Source of the DNA: Macrostomum hystrix
Lineage: Eukaryota > Animalia > Platyhelminthes
Length of the DNA: 64,000 nt
Direction: 5' to 3'
Assembly: GCA_950097015.1 (NCBI GenBank)
Contig: CATNEN010000007.1
Span: 8,866,001-8,930,000 of the forward strand
Shown here in pieces: positions 1-11,547 of this stretch. The notes under the pieces were generated by a model. That model was not told the origin of the DNA, made no database searches, and saw only the letters and a program-made list of their open reading frames with translations. The position numbers and the translations under genes are program-made. Each line of letters opens with the position of its first letter. Within the stretch, counting starts at the first letter, position 1.

Positions 1-3000
1 GCGTGGCGAGGCGGGAGGCAGCCAGGCGGGCCTACCAGCGCTGCATCGAGGAGCTGAACAATGTCACCGAGCAGCGCGAACGGCGCAAGCTAGAGACGCT
101 GCGCGCCGTCCGGGAGCTCATCGAGCGCGGCGATCAGTGCTTCATCGCCGCCACCTGCGGCTTCTTCGAGTGCTACGCGCGGGCCAAGGAGAGCAACAAT
201 CAGGTTTGTACATTACCAGATATAGTCAGCTGTCTCAAAGTGTTGCTCTTGTCAGCTGCTGTCTCAAACTGATGCTCTTGTCAGCTGCTGTCTCAAAGTG
301 TTGCTCTTGTCAGCTGCTGTCTCAAACTGTTGCTCTTGTCAGCTGCTGTCTCAAAGTGTTGCTCTTGTCAGCTTCTGTCTCAACCTTGTCAGCTTCTGTC
401 TCAACCTTGTCAGCTTCTGTCTCAACCTTGTCAGCTTCTGTCTCAACCTTGTCAGCTTCTGTCTCAACCTTGTCAGCTTCTGTCTCAAACTGCCATTCTT
501 GTCAGTTGCAATTCTGTGTAAACAGTATCGTTTGTTATTCTATTGTCACACCGTAGGCCTCAGTGACTCACCAAGGATGTAGCAGAGGAAGGGGTGGGGG
601 TCACTTCTGTAACTAGTGCTCATCCCGATATCGCCCAAAGTTAATTTCCGCCCTCTAAGCTGCCGCAAACGCCGTGAAATTTATTTCGCCAGTCCATCTC
701 GGAAGGCGGCTCTCCCCGCCCTGGCCGAGTGCGCTGCGGCGGCCGCTCAGTTGGCACAAAGGGAGCCGGTGAGGCCGCAGTCCCAGTTTCTAGACGGGCT
801 GGCCTTGACAGTATCGAGCTCGCCCGCGCGCTCACACACAGAAGAGGAGAGGAAATTAACTGAGCTGTCGGTTGGGGGTGGGTGGAGCAGCGCTGCTGGA
901 TGCGACTCTTGCCTTTGTGCCATGTAACTAAGGCCTGCAATCCCGCTTGATGCCTCGGCTAGATCTGGCCTGTTTACTGCTCAAGGCTGCTGTTTATCCG
1001 CCTGGCACTGATGTAACTGAGCGTCATTTCTGCGCCTCTAATCGGGAATAAAGCGTGAACTATAGTTCATCAGTATATGAGTATCTGTCTCAATCAGACT
1101 CTAGCCCTTTTACTCAGATTAGTCGCATTGCTAATCTTTCTAATTCCCATCCAATTTAGCCGATTTCTCGATATCTTTAATTAAATTTTTCTCTAAAATC
1201 AATTTCTCGCCTTCCTAACTCCTAACAGTCTGTCGACACTCAACTGTCTGAGTCCGTCACCTGCCTTACTCTGCAACTTGCATCCCCTACACACCCGCTG
1301 CCGCCTACGCATTTCACCTCACTCACCGCCTGCTGTTTTCACCAATATCGAACCGTGACTCGCCTCAGCACTTTAGCCCTCTACCGCCCCTGACCCGCTT
1401 CAACCCCTGACCCGCTTCAACCCCTGACCCGCTTCAACCCCTGACCGGCTTCAACCCCTGACCCGCTTCAACCCCTGACCCGCTTCAACCCCTGACCCGC
1501 TTCAACCCCTGACCCGCTTCAACCCCTGACCCGCCTCCGCACAGGAGCTGCGCAGCCTGAGCCGCACCAGCCACCAGAACTACAGGCCGGGCAGCAAATT
1601 CCGCGAATTCGTGCGAACCTGCATCAACCTGGACTCCGACGATCCTCCGCCGCGTTACACCTTCGAGGAGTTCGGCGGGGGCCAGTCCTCCGGCCCGCCG
1701 TCGCGCAAGGAGAGCCGCGGCTCCGGCGATCATCATCCGGGCGCTCTGTTCACCGCCGATGTCTGCGACCTCTCCGGCGCCTGCTGCGAAGACGAGATCG
1801 AAGAGGACGACGAATCCTCGGCTGGGGAGACAGTCTGTGTGGCCACCGCAACCGCCACCGCCGCCGCCTACGCTACGTCGACATCAACGGCGACAGCAAC
1901 GAGTAAGCTGGGCCTGGCCACACGGATCTGGTGCAGCACCCGCGACACCGCCAGCTCCCTGCTGCAGTTCCGCGACAAGCGCCAGACCCTGTTCAAGAAG
2001 CCGGCCAGCACAGGCCACCTGTTGGGCTCCGAGTCGCAGCACCAGCACCAGCACCAGCAGCTGTTGCAGGCCAGACAGATTGCCCGGCACGCTGCTGTGA
2101 TCAGTCGGTGCATCAGGGTCATTGAGGACACGGGTCTTGGCTCCAGCGGCGTTTATCGAGTTCAAGTGAGTTCTGCGCCCACCATCCCCAATTCTATGCT
2201 GAAACTTCAGCAGCACATCTAGTTAACAAAAGTCACGTGGCTGATGCCTTTTCCATTGTGACTCCTCAAGGCCTCAAAGCGTCGCGTCCTGGACCTGTCG
2301 GCTCAATGCGACTCGCCTGACGAGCCGGCGCCGGCTCTGCACGAAGAGTCCGTCCATACCGTCTGCGGCCTGCTCAAGCACCGCCTGCTCCAGCTGCCCG
2401 ACGCCCTGCTCACTGGCGAGCTCTACGCCGACTTTATCGAGGCCGGACGGGAGGGCGCCGATCCCGGCCGACTGGCGGCGCTTGTCGCCCGGCTGCCGCG
2501 GGCCAACCGGCAGCTGGCCGGTGCCTTATTTCACCACCTGGCTCGCGTGGCAGATCGCCAGGCCGACAATCAGATGACATCGCAGAACCTGGCGCTGGTG
2601 TTCGCGCCCACCGTCCTGCGGCCGCGCCAGGAAGCGTCCCAGGCGGCCAGCGGCACGGCCAGTCTCAGCGAGGTGCTCGACTACGGTCATCAGAAGCTGG
2701 TGGCAAAGGCGTTGATTGACAACGCCGAGCTGGTCTTTGGCCCGGCAGAGCACTTCTCCAGCGCCGAGCTGCTGCCGTCTCCGGACAGCAGAGGTGGAGG
2801 CGGCGGCGGCGAGCGCCAATTTTTGGTGACCGCCGCCCTCCACGTGAGCCTGGACAGTCGCGTGGAGACAGCGTCATCGTCGACCTCGTTTGTGATGCAT
2901 CGGCAACAACAGCAGCATCAGCAAATTCGCTGGCCTGCCAGCGCTTTCAATCCGCTGGGTGTGGATTTCGATGACATCGACGTGGACGAAGACGGTGGCG

Positions 3001-3521
3001 AATGTGGCGACGCTGAAGGTGGAGCCTCACTGCGCAGAGTTCGAACTACCGGCAGCGGTGGACAGGCTGTCAGGAAAGGTGAGGCCAGTGTGAGGGACAT
3101 TGTGCATCAGAGTTTATTTCTGCCTTATCATTAAAGTGTCAGTATATTGGGGGCTGGTGGCCATAGCTTATCTGTGTGTTTATCGGTGAGTTTATTTCTG
3201 CCTTATCATTAAAGTGTCAGTATATATTGGGGGCAGGTGGCCATAGCTTATCTGTGTGTTTATCAGTGAGTTTATTTCTGCCTTATCATTAAAGTGTCAG
3301 TATATATTGGGGGCTGGTGGCCATAGCTTATCTGTGTGTTTATCGGTGAGTTTATTTCTGCCTTATCAATAAAGTGTCAGTATATATTGGGGGCTGGTGG
3401 CCATAGCTTATCTGTGTGTTTATCGGTGAGTTTATTTCTGCCTTATCATTGAAGTACCCGCCCCTGAACAGATCCACACGTGATTCCCGAGGATGAAGGC
3501 AGTGACTGTTCTGAGAGTTAA
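1..3521 (+). CDS. Rho GTPase-activating protein, ARHGAP29/ARHGAP45/GMIP-like (end of F-BAR region + RhoGAP domain); 5' part lies upstream of the window
   Basis: Phase-consistent GT-AG exons <1-203, 1545-2165, 2271-3078, 3472-3521 (last exon tentative, ends TAA). RhoGAP motifs GVYRVQAS (arginine finger), VHTVCGLLKHRLLQLPDALL and NQMTSQNLALVFAPTVL. Upstream helical segment and YRPGSKFREFV..YTFEEF resemble the end of the F-BAR region in this family. Confidence 0.8.
225..490. repeat. Intronic minisatellite, 29-bp then 21-bp units
   Basis: GTCAGCTGCTGTCTCAAAGTGTTGCTCTT repeats grade into GTCAGCTTCTGTCTCAACCTT repeats. Confidence 0.9.
1386..1533. repeat. 17-bp minisatellite abutting a 3' splice site
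   Basis: (CCCCTGACCCGCTTCAA) x ~8.5, ending ~10 nt before the acceptor AG at 1543-1544. Confidence 0.9.
3108..3450. repeat. 78-80-bp tandem repeat, ~4 copies
   Basis: GAGTTTATTTCTGCCTTATCATTAAAGTGTCAG...TATCGGT units. Confidence 0.9.
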
Positions 3522-3974
3522 AGGTATATTGCTGTTCTAAGCCTTGTTCTGTTTCCGGTCATAAGCGCAATTGCGCACCGCAGTCGCCCTCTCATTCGTG
3601 TTGTTTCTGTGGAAGTGTCGCTAGCTAGCGGCGTAGTTGGGCTTCGGTGCAGCTGCGCAGCTGCTATTCCTTTGACTAGAGATCGAATCTGCTGAGCCCG
3701 TTTTGTATCCGGGCACGTATTCCCACCTGCCCCACCCCCAGTGCTTAGCGGCAGTTTCATGTTGCTCGAGTTTTTAGCCTTGGAAATAGGCTAGCTTTCT
3801 TAGCTATAATTTGCTTATGTCTTCAACTGTACCCATAATTAGTTTTTGAGTCTGTCTGTACACGCACTCGCACCTTGAGCACTCAGCAAACTCTCCCCCT
3901 CCATTTGCCATTCTGATTGTTGTCCGGCACCAATGTCCAGCTGCCATGGTTGAGGTCAGTTCGAAGCTAAATAT

Positions 3975-4748
3975 TGCAACTGTTCTCCGCATGTCCTGTG
4001 ACCCAGTGTATTTACTTACTGACAAGTAGTGTGAGTAGAGTGTTCAGCGTGTGCAACTGTTCTCCGCATGTCCTGTGACCCAGTGTATTTACTTACTGAC
4101 AAGTAGTGTGAGTAGAGTGTTCAGCGTGTGCAACTGTTCTCCGCATGTCCTGTGACCCAGTGTATTTACTTACTGACAAGTAGTGTGAGTAGAGTGTTCA
4201 GCGTGTGCAACTGTTCTCCGCATGTCCTGTGACCCAGTGTATTTACTTACTGACAAGTAGTGTGAGTAGAGTGTTCAGCGTGTGCAACTGTTCTCCGCAT
4301 GTCCTGTGACCCAGTGTATTTACTTACTGACAAGTAATGTGAGTAGAGTGTTCAGCGTGTGCAACTGTTCTCCGCATGTCCTGTGACCCAGTGTATTTAC
4401 TTACTGACAAGTAGTGTGAGTAGAGTGTTCAGCGTGTGCAACTGTTCTCCGCATGTCCTGTGACCCAGTGTATTTACTTACTGACAAGTAGTGTGAGTAG
4501 AGTGTTCAGCGTGTGCAACTGTTCTCCGCATGTCCTGTGACCCAGTGTATTTACTTACTGACAAGTAATGTGAGTAGAGTGTTCAGCGTGTGCAACTGTT
4601 CTCCGCATGTCCTGTGACCCAGTGTATTTACTTACTGACAAGTAATGTGAGTAGAGTGTTCAGCGTGTGCAACTGTTCTCCGCATGTCCTGTGACCCAGT
4701 GTATTTACTTACTGACAAGTAGTGTGAGTAGAGTGTTCAGTGTGTGCA
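3975..4748. repeat. 77-bp tandem repeat, ~10 copies
   Basis: TGCAACTGTTCTCCGCATGTCCTGTGACCCAG... recurring at 3975, 4052 and onward, nearly identical copies. Confidence 0.95.
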
Positions 4749-5882
4749 CGCCATAATCGAATTGTATTAGTTCAATTAGATGCATGTTATTTAATTAGGC
4801 ACCCTAGCTTACGAATGCGAGAATTCTAAATCAACAAAATCACATTTGATTATTGCATGTGATTTAGTTTCGCATTGATTTCTCAGTACAGCTGTTTTTT
4901 TCATCTGGTTGAAAGTCGCGCATTAACCCAGCTAGCAGCGAGACCTGCAATCAATGGTTCGAATCCCTACTCATGCCTATACTCATCCTAATACTCACAT
5001 TTGCAGAGGCTGTCCCTGGGTCACGTGAGCCGACACTACTAGAGCCGGCCCTGGCCTGACAGTCGGCGCTGTGTTTCTGCCTATTCAATTCATTCGCTAT
5101 TCGCTGTTAACAAACCAAATTTAAAATATTAGACTTGTGTAGATTGCATCACATTTCTGCGCGGCTTCAGTGAAAACTATTGAAATAAATCTACGGCCTC
5201 ATTAATCCAATTGCGGACGGGCTTCACGGAAGCTGCGCAGAAATTCGCTTCTCTCTGTTAGCTTTGTACTCACCCCCTGACCAAGGACAGCGCTAAACTA
5301 ATTCTATTCTTTAATCCCAGGTTTTAAATCCCAATTCAAAGCGATTGTCCGTGCAAATCCCGTGTCTAATTATTTGTCAGGTTCCGCTCTGGCCTCTTAT
5401 ATTTCCGTGTTGCCCATCTTGCACAAGCCGATAAATCATTTTTCTGCTTTAATCTAGCTTCAAATGCCCTACTTATGCAGTAAGGCAGTAGTATAGCACG
5501 AGTATTAGATTTTTCTCAGTATTTTTGTTCTTACTGAATCTAATTTTTAATGGCTAGACCGATATCTCACTTTGTGCAATCGTTGACCGCCTGATATTAT
5601 TATTCAGTATTTTCAATTTTTGAGCAACGAACTATTTTTGAGCACGACGACAATCTCATAGAGCAGTAGATATTTACAAAGCAGAGCCCAATCTCACCCA
5701 GACTCGCTGATGCAGATCTATGTAAAACTGCTTGCCCATGCCTGCCTGCTCGCTTTAATCGTTCCGATGCCCGCCTGCGATCCTCATTTGAATTATTTTT
5801 TAATCCTTATTATCTTTTTTACGGCCTTGCTTGAAAGGCTGGGTGACAGCTCGCTGGAAGCTAAAAGTTCCAATCACCTTGA

Positions 5883-6975
5883 GTCTAACAGGTAGGTATT
5901 GTCTAACAGGTAGGCATTGTCTAACAGGTAGGCATTGTCTAACAGGTAGGCATTGTCTAACAGGTAGGCATTGTCTAACAGGTAGGCATTGTCTAACAGG
6001 TAGGCATTGTCTAACAGGTAGGCATTGTCTAACAGGTAGATATTGTCTAACAGTTAGGCATTGTCTAACAGGTAGGCATTGTCTAACAGGTAGGCATTGT
6101 CTAACAGGTAGGCATTGTCTAACAGGTAGGCATTGTCTAACAGGTAGGCATTGTCTAACAGGTAGGCATTGTCTAACAGTTAGGCATTGTCTAACAGGTA
6201 GGCATTGTCTAACAGGTAGGTATTGTCTAACAGGTAGGCATTGTCTAACAGGTAGGCATTGTCTAACAGGTAGGCATTGTCTAACAGGTAGGCATTGTCT
6301 AACAGGTAGGCATTGTCTAACAGGTAGGCATTGTCTAACAGGTAGGCATTGTCTAACAGGTAGGCATTGTCTAACAGGTAGGCATTGTCTAACAGGTAGG
6401 CATTGTCTAACAGGTAGGCATTGTCTAACAGGTAGGCATTGTCTAACAGGTAGGCATTGTCTAACAGGTAGGCATTGTCTAACAGGTAGGCATTGTCTAA
6501 CAGGTAGGCATTGTCTAACAGGTAGGCATTGTCTAACAGGTAGGCATTGTCTAACAGGTAGGCACTGTCTAACAGGTAGGCATTGTCTAACAGGTAGGCA
6601 TTGTCTAACAGGTAGGCACTGTCTAACAGGTAGGCATTGTCTAACAGGTAGGCATTGTCTAACAGGTAGGCATTGTCTAACAGGTAGGCATTGTCTAACA
6701 GGTAGGCATTGTCTAACAGGTAGGCACTGTCTAACAGGTAGGCATTGTCTAACAGGTAGGCATTGTCTAACAGGTAGGCATTGTCTAACAGGTAGGCATT
6801 GTCTAACAGGTAGGCATTGTCTAACAGGTAGGCATTGTCTAACAGGTAGGCATTGTCTAACAGGTAGGCATTGTCTAACAGGTAGGCATTGTCTAACAGG
6901 TAGGCATTGTCTAACAGGTAGGCACTGTCTAACAGGTAGGCACTGTCTAACAGGTAGGCATTGTCTAACAGGTAC
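5883..6975. repeat. 18-bp minisatellite, ~60 copies
   Basis: (GTCTAACAGGTAGGCATT)n. Confidence 0.95.
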
Positions 6976-7380
6976 TGAAAACAGGTACTGATTCGGTATT
7001 ATTAGAGATTCGCAATTGATCGCACCTGTTTTTCTTTGAAATCTGAGCTGCAATGAGCGCAATGAGTCGACTCATCTTACAATCGTTGTTGTTCGCATGT
7101 GGCTACTGCAACTGGCAATCTCTCATTCTCTTGTTTTCAATTCATTTGCCGGCCAGTTTCTTCAGCTAATGAATCTCTCATTTTCAGCGCGTCATTCTCG
7201 CGGTGCACTCGCTTTTGAGCAGTCCTGACCACTTGTGCTCAGCTAAGCAGCAGCTCCGCGGCTGTAGCATTGTGTGCAGAAAAGTATAATTGTTTATAAA
7301 GAAAGCTGTTTGTCAGCATCGATTTCAGGCTTATTTTATGTCGACTTGTTTGTGTTGCCTTTCATTAGCAAAGGTCTTTG

Positions 7381-7772
7381 GACTCATAGGACAGGCTGCT
7401 AGAATTGATAGATGAGCCAGCAGACTCATAGGACAGGCTGCTAGAATTGATAGATGAGCCAGCAGACTCATAGGACAGGCTGCTAGAATTGATAGATGAG
7501 CCAGCAGACTCATAGGACAGGCTGCTAGAATTGATAGATGAGCCAGCAGACTCATAGGACAGGCTGCTAGAATTGATAGATGAGCCAGCAGACTCATAGG
7601 ACAGGCTGCTAGAATTGATAGATGAGCCAGCAGACTCATAGGACAGGCTGCTAGAATTGATAGATGAGCCAGCAGACTCATAGGACAGGCTGCTAGAATT
7701 GATAGATGAGCCAGCAGACTCATAGGACAGGCTGCTAGAATTGATAGATGAGCCAGCAGACTCATAGGACAG
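7381..7772. repeat. 42-bp perfect tandem repeat, ~9 copies
   Basis: (GACTCATAGGACAGGCTGCTAGAATTGATAGATGAGCCAGCA)n, ending ~60 nt before the WASHC3 ATG. Confidence 0.95.
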
Positions 7773-7830
7773 GCCTGTCATTCGCAACCGGATCCGCATT
7801 TCCAGCCAGCCTGCTTTCAAGAATTGAGCA

Positions 7831-8454
7831 ATGACGGAGCTAACAGCGGTCGGCATCGACTTCACCAAGGTGGCGCCGCTTCAGCAAAAGCGGGTGCACG
7901 CCTTCATCACGCAGTACGTCAGCGAGACTGTCTCCTACCTGAACCGCCTCAGCACCGCCTGCGAGCAGCAGCTCGAAGCTTCCAGCGTTGAACTTCGACG
8001 ACTGGACGCAACACTGAGCATCATTGAGAGCAAACTGGCATCGCTTCCTGCGGACCTGCAGCCTCAGCAGCAGCAGCAGCAACCACTAGAACAGCAACAG
8101 CAGCAGCAGCAGCCGCTAGCCGCAGCAGCCGCGGCATCCTCGGAACAGCCAGCGGCGGCGGTAGCGGCAGCGGCAGCATCTACGGAAGTTGCGGCGGACC
8201 AGCCGGCCAGGGTGAGAGTGGCCGATCATCCGCTCTATGCCGGCTTCTTTAAAATGTTGAAAGTCGGCGTCCCGATACCCGCCATCAAGGCAAAGATGCA
8301 GGCCAGCGGCGTGGACCCGGCCGCGCTCGACCTTGACCCGGACGCGCCGGCGCCAGATTCGGCGGGCAGCGGCGGCGAGGCAAAATCCGGCGCTGCTGCT
8401 GCTGCTGCTTCTGGCGCATCTGATTCTGGCTCGGATTTTAGCGATTCAGATTGA
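7831..8454 (+). CDS. WASHC3: WASH complex subunit 3 (CCDC53), single coding exon
   Basis: N-terminal GIDFTKVAPLQQKRVHAFI..FLNR-like..LSIIESKLASLP coiled coil and C-terminal VADHPLYAGFFKMLKVGVP..AIKAKM..GVDP motif, both typical of CCDC53; acidic SDFSDSD tail. Confidence 0.92.
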   Translation: MTELTAVGIDFTKVAPLQQKRVHAFITQYVSETVSYLNRLSTACEQQLEASSVELRRLDATLSIIESKLASLPADLQPQQQQQQPLEQQQQQQQPLAAAAAASSEQPAAAVAAAAASTEVAADQPARVRVADHPLYAGFFKMLKVGVPIPAIKAKMQASGVDPAALDLDPDAPAPDSAGSGGEAKSGAAAAAASGASDSGSDFSDSD

Positions 8455-9080
8455 GTGGCATGAGATTCGCCAGATGAGGAACGAAATTAATTTTTTTCGT
8501 GTTGTCTATTTTTTGTTCGGTTTATGCAGTAGTTTACCGTGCCACCGCATAATATCAAAGTACTCACTGCTATTCGATTCTCGGTTCATTCCTTTCTACA
8601 CCGCAACAACCTGGTCGAGTGTGCACTAATAGCTCGCGGTTCGCGAACACTATTCGACATGGTGTCAGGTGTCAGCATAGGTGCTACAGGATTAAAGCGT
8701 AATTAGCCCGGGTAATTTTGTACTTTGTTTATGCTATCACCTGTTGCTATCCGCTTTGATTGCTCTAATGATTCATTTTATTCAGATGCGACAAATAAAT
8801 CAACTAATGATTTTGGGTAAATTCCAAGATTGTCTAGCGTTCTGTTCAGCTTAATCTGCTGTCACAAATGTACTAAATACATGCGCCTAGATTATTTCAT
8901 TTTTTAACAAAGCAACAAACGAAAAAAACAAAACCCAGCACTGGCGCGAGCCCTCTCACTGGCGGAGGCTTCTCAAATACCCTTTAATCTTCTACTCTTT
9001 AATCCAGGCGCAGTTTCGGCGCAGATTTACTGATATAGTTTAATTTTACATGAAACCCGAGTGCTTATTTAATTTACATT

Positions 9081-10393
9081 AGTCTATGGTCTAAAAAGAC
9101 CCAGATTTGAAGCCCATTGTAATAATAATAATGACACTAGACCCAAGGGCCAGTGCAGGTGTTGTGTGTCAAGCACACTAGCAGGTGGGGACTGCACACC
9201 TAATGTACTCTCCGACTCTCTCGGACACCGGTTGACAGCCGCGTGTCAGCAATCGAATTTGTTTTTTCCAAACATATCGGCAGCATCCAAACCCTACTTA
9301 ATTGCCGCACAGAACTGCTTTATTCCACGCCAGCCGGAATTATTATTACCCGACGAAATGTCGGTACTCATTTGCAGCTGAGTAGACTGTGTGCACATCA
9401 GGGCAAAGCAGCTTGCCAAAGGCTGCACGAATAGTTCTAGACTAGGTCGGGAGTCGAACCCAGGACCATCTGATCCAGAGTCCGACACCTTACTGACTGA
9501 GCTATCCGCCCATTGTAGGAGGACCATTAAATCGTATAATGGGCTCCGCAAAGGTGTCCGTAAACCTTTCCAATTAGAAAAATTACAGTGAAAAGCTGAG
9601 TTTTCGGTGTATTGTCACCCAGCAATACGCGAGTCCACAGCGAGTCCTCGTCCAAAGCCGTGATAGGCATGGCAGCCGCTTACTCCCATTGATATTGCCA
9701 TCCTTTGCAGTCTCGCGCATAGCAGCATCCAATGCGCGTCGAGTCGCGGTGAACTCTGTGTCTGTCGAAATCGACAATGTCCGCTTGAGGGTGTACACAT
9801 AGGAGTGTTGAATCATGTTGACCAGATCTTTAAGAGTGCCAGGCGGGAACTGATCACCGTTTTCCTTGCGGACTTAAAAGAATTGAAGCAGATAGTTTAG
9901 ATCACTCTTTGACAGATCTTTAATAGGCTTAATCACCATAAGCCCCATTTGATTTTGAGTCAGTTGATTTTGCAGACAAGTATCTTTCCAGGTGGAAAAC
10001 TGCTTTATGACCCACTTCTCCTTGGCTCTGGTAGAAACCGCTAGACTTTCATCAATTTTTCTTTGCAGGTCCGATTCATTCTGCAACTCAGCAACTCTCA
10101 GCGAAGGCTGCAAGGAATCAACGGAATTCGAAGGACCAAGGGACGCCCATAAGGCATCAAAGTTGAAGTCCTCGTCAATGCTGTCCATGTTTTATTGCTA
10201 ATGCTGTTTCCGAGGCAGGATTTTGTGGCTTTCGGCATTGTAGGAGGACATGAAGTCATAGGACCCCCATTTTCTTCTTTGCTTTCGTAATGAACATTTG
10301 TCTATGGTTCAAATAAATAAATAATAATAAGTAATAAATAAGCGATAGATTTTCCTATACGATAAACGCCGTTTAATCTACATAGTCTATGGT
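9081..10393 (-). mobile_element. Decayed Crypton-like (DUF3504-type tyrosine recombinase) DNA element
   Basis: Minus strand 10188-~9530 reads ...DLNYLLQFF*VRKENGDQFPPGTLKDLVNMIQ..DTEFTATRRALDAAMRE..G..K [frameshift] AAMPITALDEDSLWTRVLLGDNTPKTQLFTVIF, matching recalled Crypton/ZMYM/QRICH1 motifs. Bounded by direct repeats AGTCTATGGT at 9081-9090 and 10384-10393. Confidence 0.7.
9121..9511 (-). mobile_element. tRNA-derived CORE-type SINE
   Basis: Minus strand: tRNA-like head GGGCGGATAGCTCAGTCAGT...GGGTTCGACTCCC (A and B boxes, acceptor stem unpaired), CORE-like CCTTTGGCAAGCTGCTT..TGTGCACACAGTCTACTCAGCTGCAAATGAG, and (ATT)n tail. Flanking direct repeat GCCCATTGTA at 9112-9121 and 9508-9517. Confidence 0.75.
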
Positions 10394-11547
10394 TAGAAAG
10401 TCCTCGCTTGGCTCGCCTCGAGACCATTAAATGCAGCCTCAGACTTAATTATCTGTGGGGTGGGTATGAGAGGTGTTTCGGCCATAGAGACTCTAAGCGG
10501 TGTAAAGATTGACCGAAAGTTGGCAGCCGAGGGCGCAGCTAAGCACTTTAAGAGCGGAATTCCAGTGGCCGGCTAAAACAAGAAAGCGCATTCGAACCGC
10601 TGCCGATTGGCGCTTTAAAAATAGTGAAAAAGAAGAGCAGCTGCCAAGCGCAACAAATATTCGCCAGCCATGCGAGAGTGCATCTCCATCCATATTGGCT
10701 AGGCGGGTGTGCAGTTAGGCAACGCCTGCTGGGAGCTCTTCTGTCTGGAGCACGGCATCCAACCGGATGGCTTTATGATGTCCGGCAAGGAGAACCGCGA
10801 CGACTCGCTGGAGCCGTTCTTCTCAGAGGCAGCCTCTGGGCACTATGTGCCCCGAGCGGTATTCATCGACCTGGAGCCAACTGTAGTTGACGAAGTTCGC
10901 GTTGGCACCTACCGCCAGCTGTTCCAATCGGACAAGCTCATCTCAGGCAAAGAGGACGCAGCCAACAACTACTCCAGAGGTCAGTACACCTTCGGCAAGT
11001 AGATCATCGGGAATGTGCGCGAGGTTGTCAACCAGCTGGCCGAGAACTGCTCCAGCCTTCAAGGCTTCCTGGTCTTCCACTCGTTCGGCGGTGGCACCGG
11101 CTCCGGCTTCACGTCGCTGCTGTGCGACCGGCTGGCCTCCGACTATGGCAAGCGGGCCAAGCTGCAGTTCTCTGTCTACCCTGCACCTCAGATATCCACA
11201 GCCGTAGTGGAGTCGTACAATTCCATTCTGTGCACTCACGGCACCCTCCACCACACCGACATCGCTTTCATGGTCGACAACGAAGCCATCTACGACATCT
11301 GCCGTAGGAATCTGGGCATTGATAAGCCAACTTACACAAACCTCAACAGGCTCAAAGCCCAGATTGTGTCTTCCATCACAGTGTTTCTTCGCTTTGAAGG
11401 CTATCTAAATGTGGATATCAGTGAATTACAAACGAACCTGGTGCCGTAACCCAAGATCCACTTTCCATTGGCCACTTATGCCCCGATAATATCTACTGAG
11501 AAAGCAGGCCACGAGCAGTTGAAATTGAGGGACATATCGAATGCGTG

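Noticed and set aside
557-600. Extra RhoGAP exon after the AG at 555-556
   Set aside because: No good frame-preserving donor; exons ending 203 and starting 1545 already join in phase
4915-4975. B-box GGTTCGAATCC
   Set aside because: No convincing cloverleaf or SINE body; at most a decayed remnant
5800-7062. Long ORFs (PVRQCL)n / (LTGRHC)n
   Set aside because: Translation of an 18-bp minisatellite; open on both strands with no unique domain
9440-9511. tRNA-Gln(CTG) gene
   Set aside because: Acceptor and D stems do not pair; continues into a SINE body
10700-11449. Stop-codon reassignment or readthrough in tubulin
   Set aside because: The stops replace different residues (Q, E, Y) and co-occur with an insertion and a frameshift; other genes use the standard code
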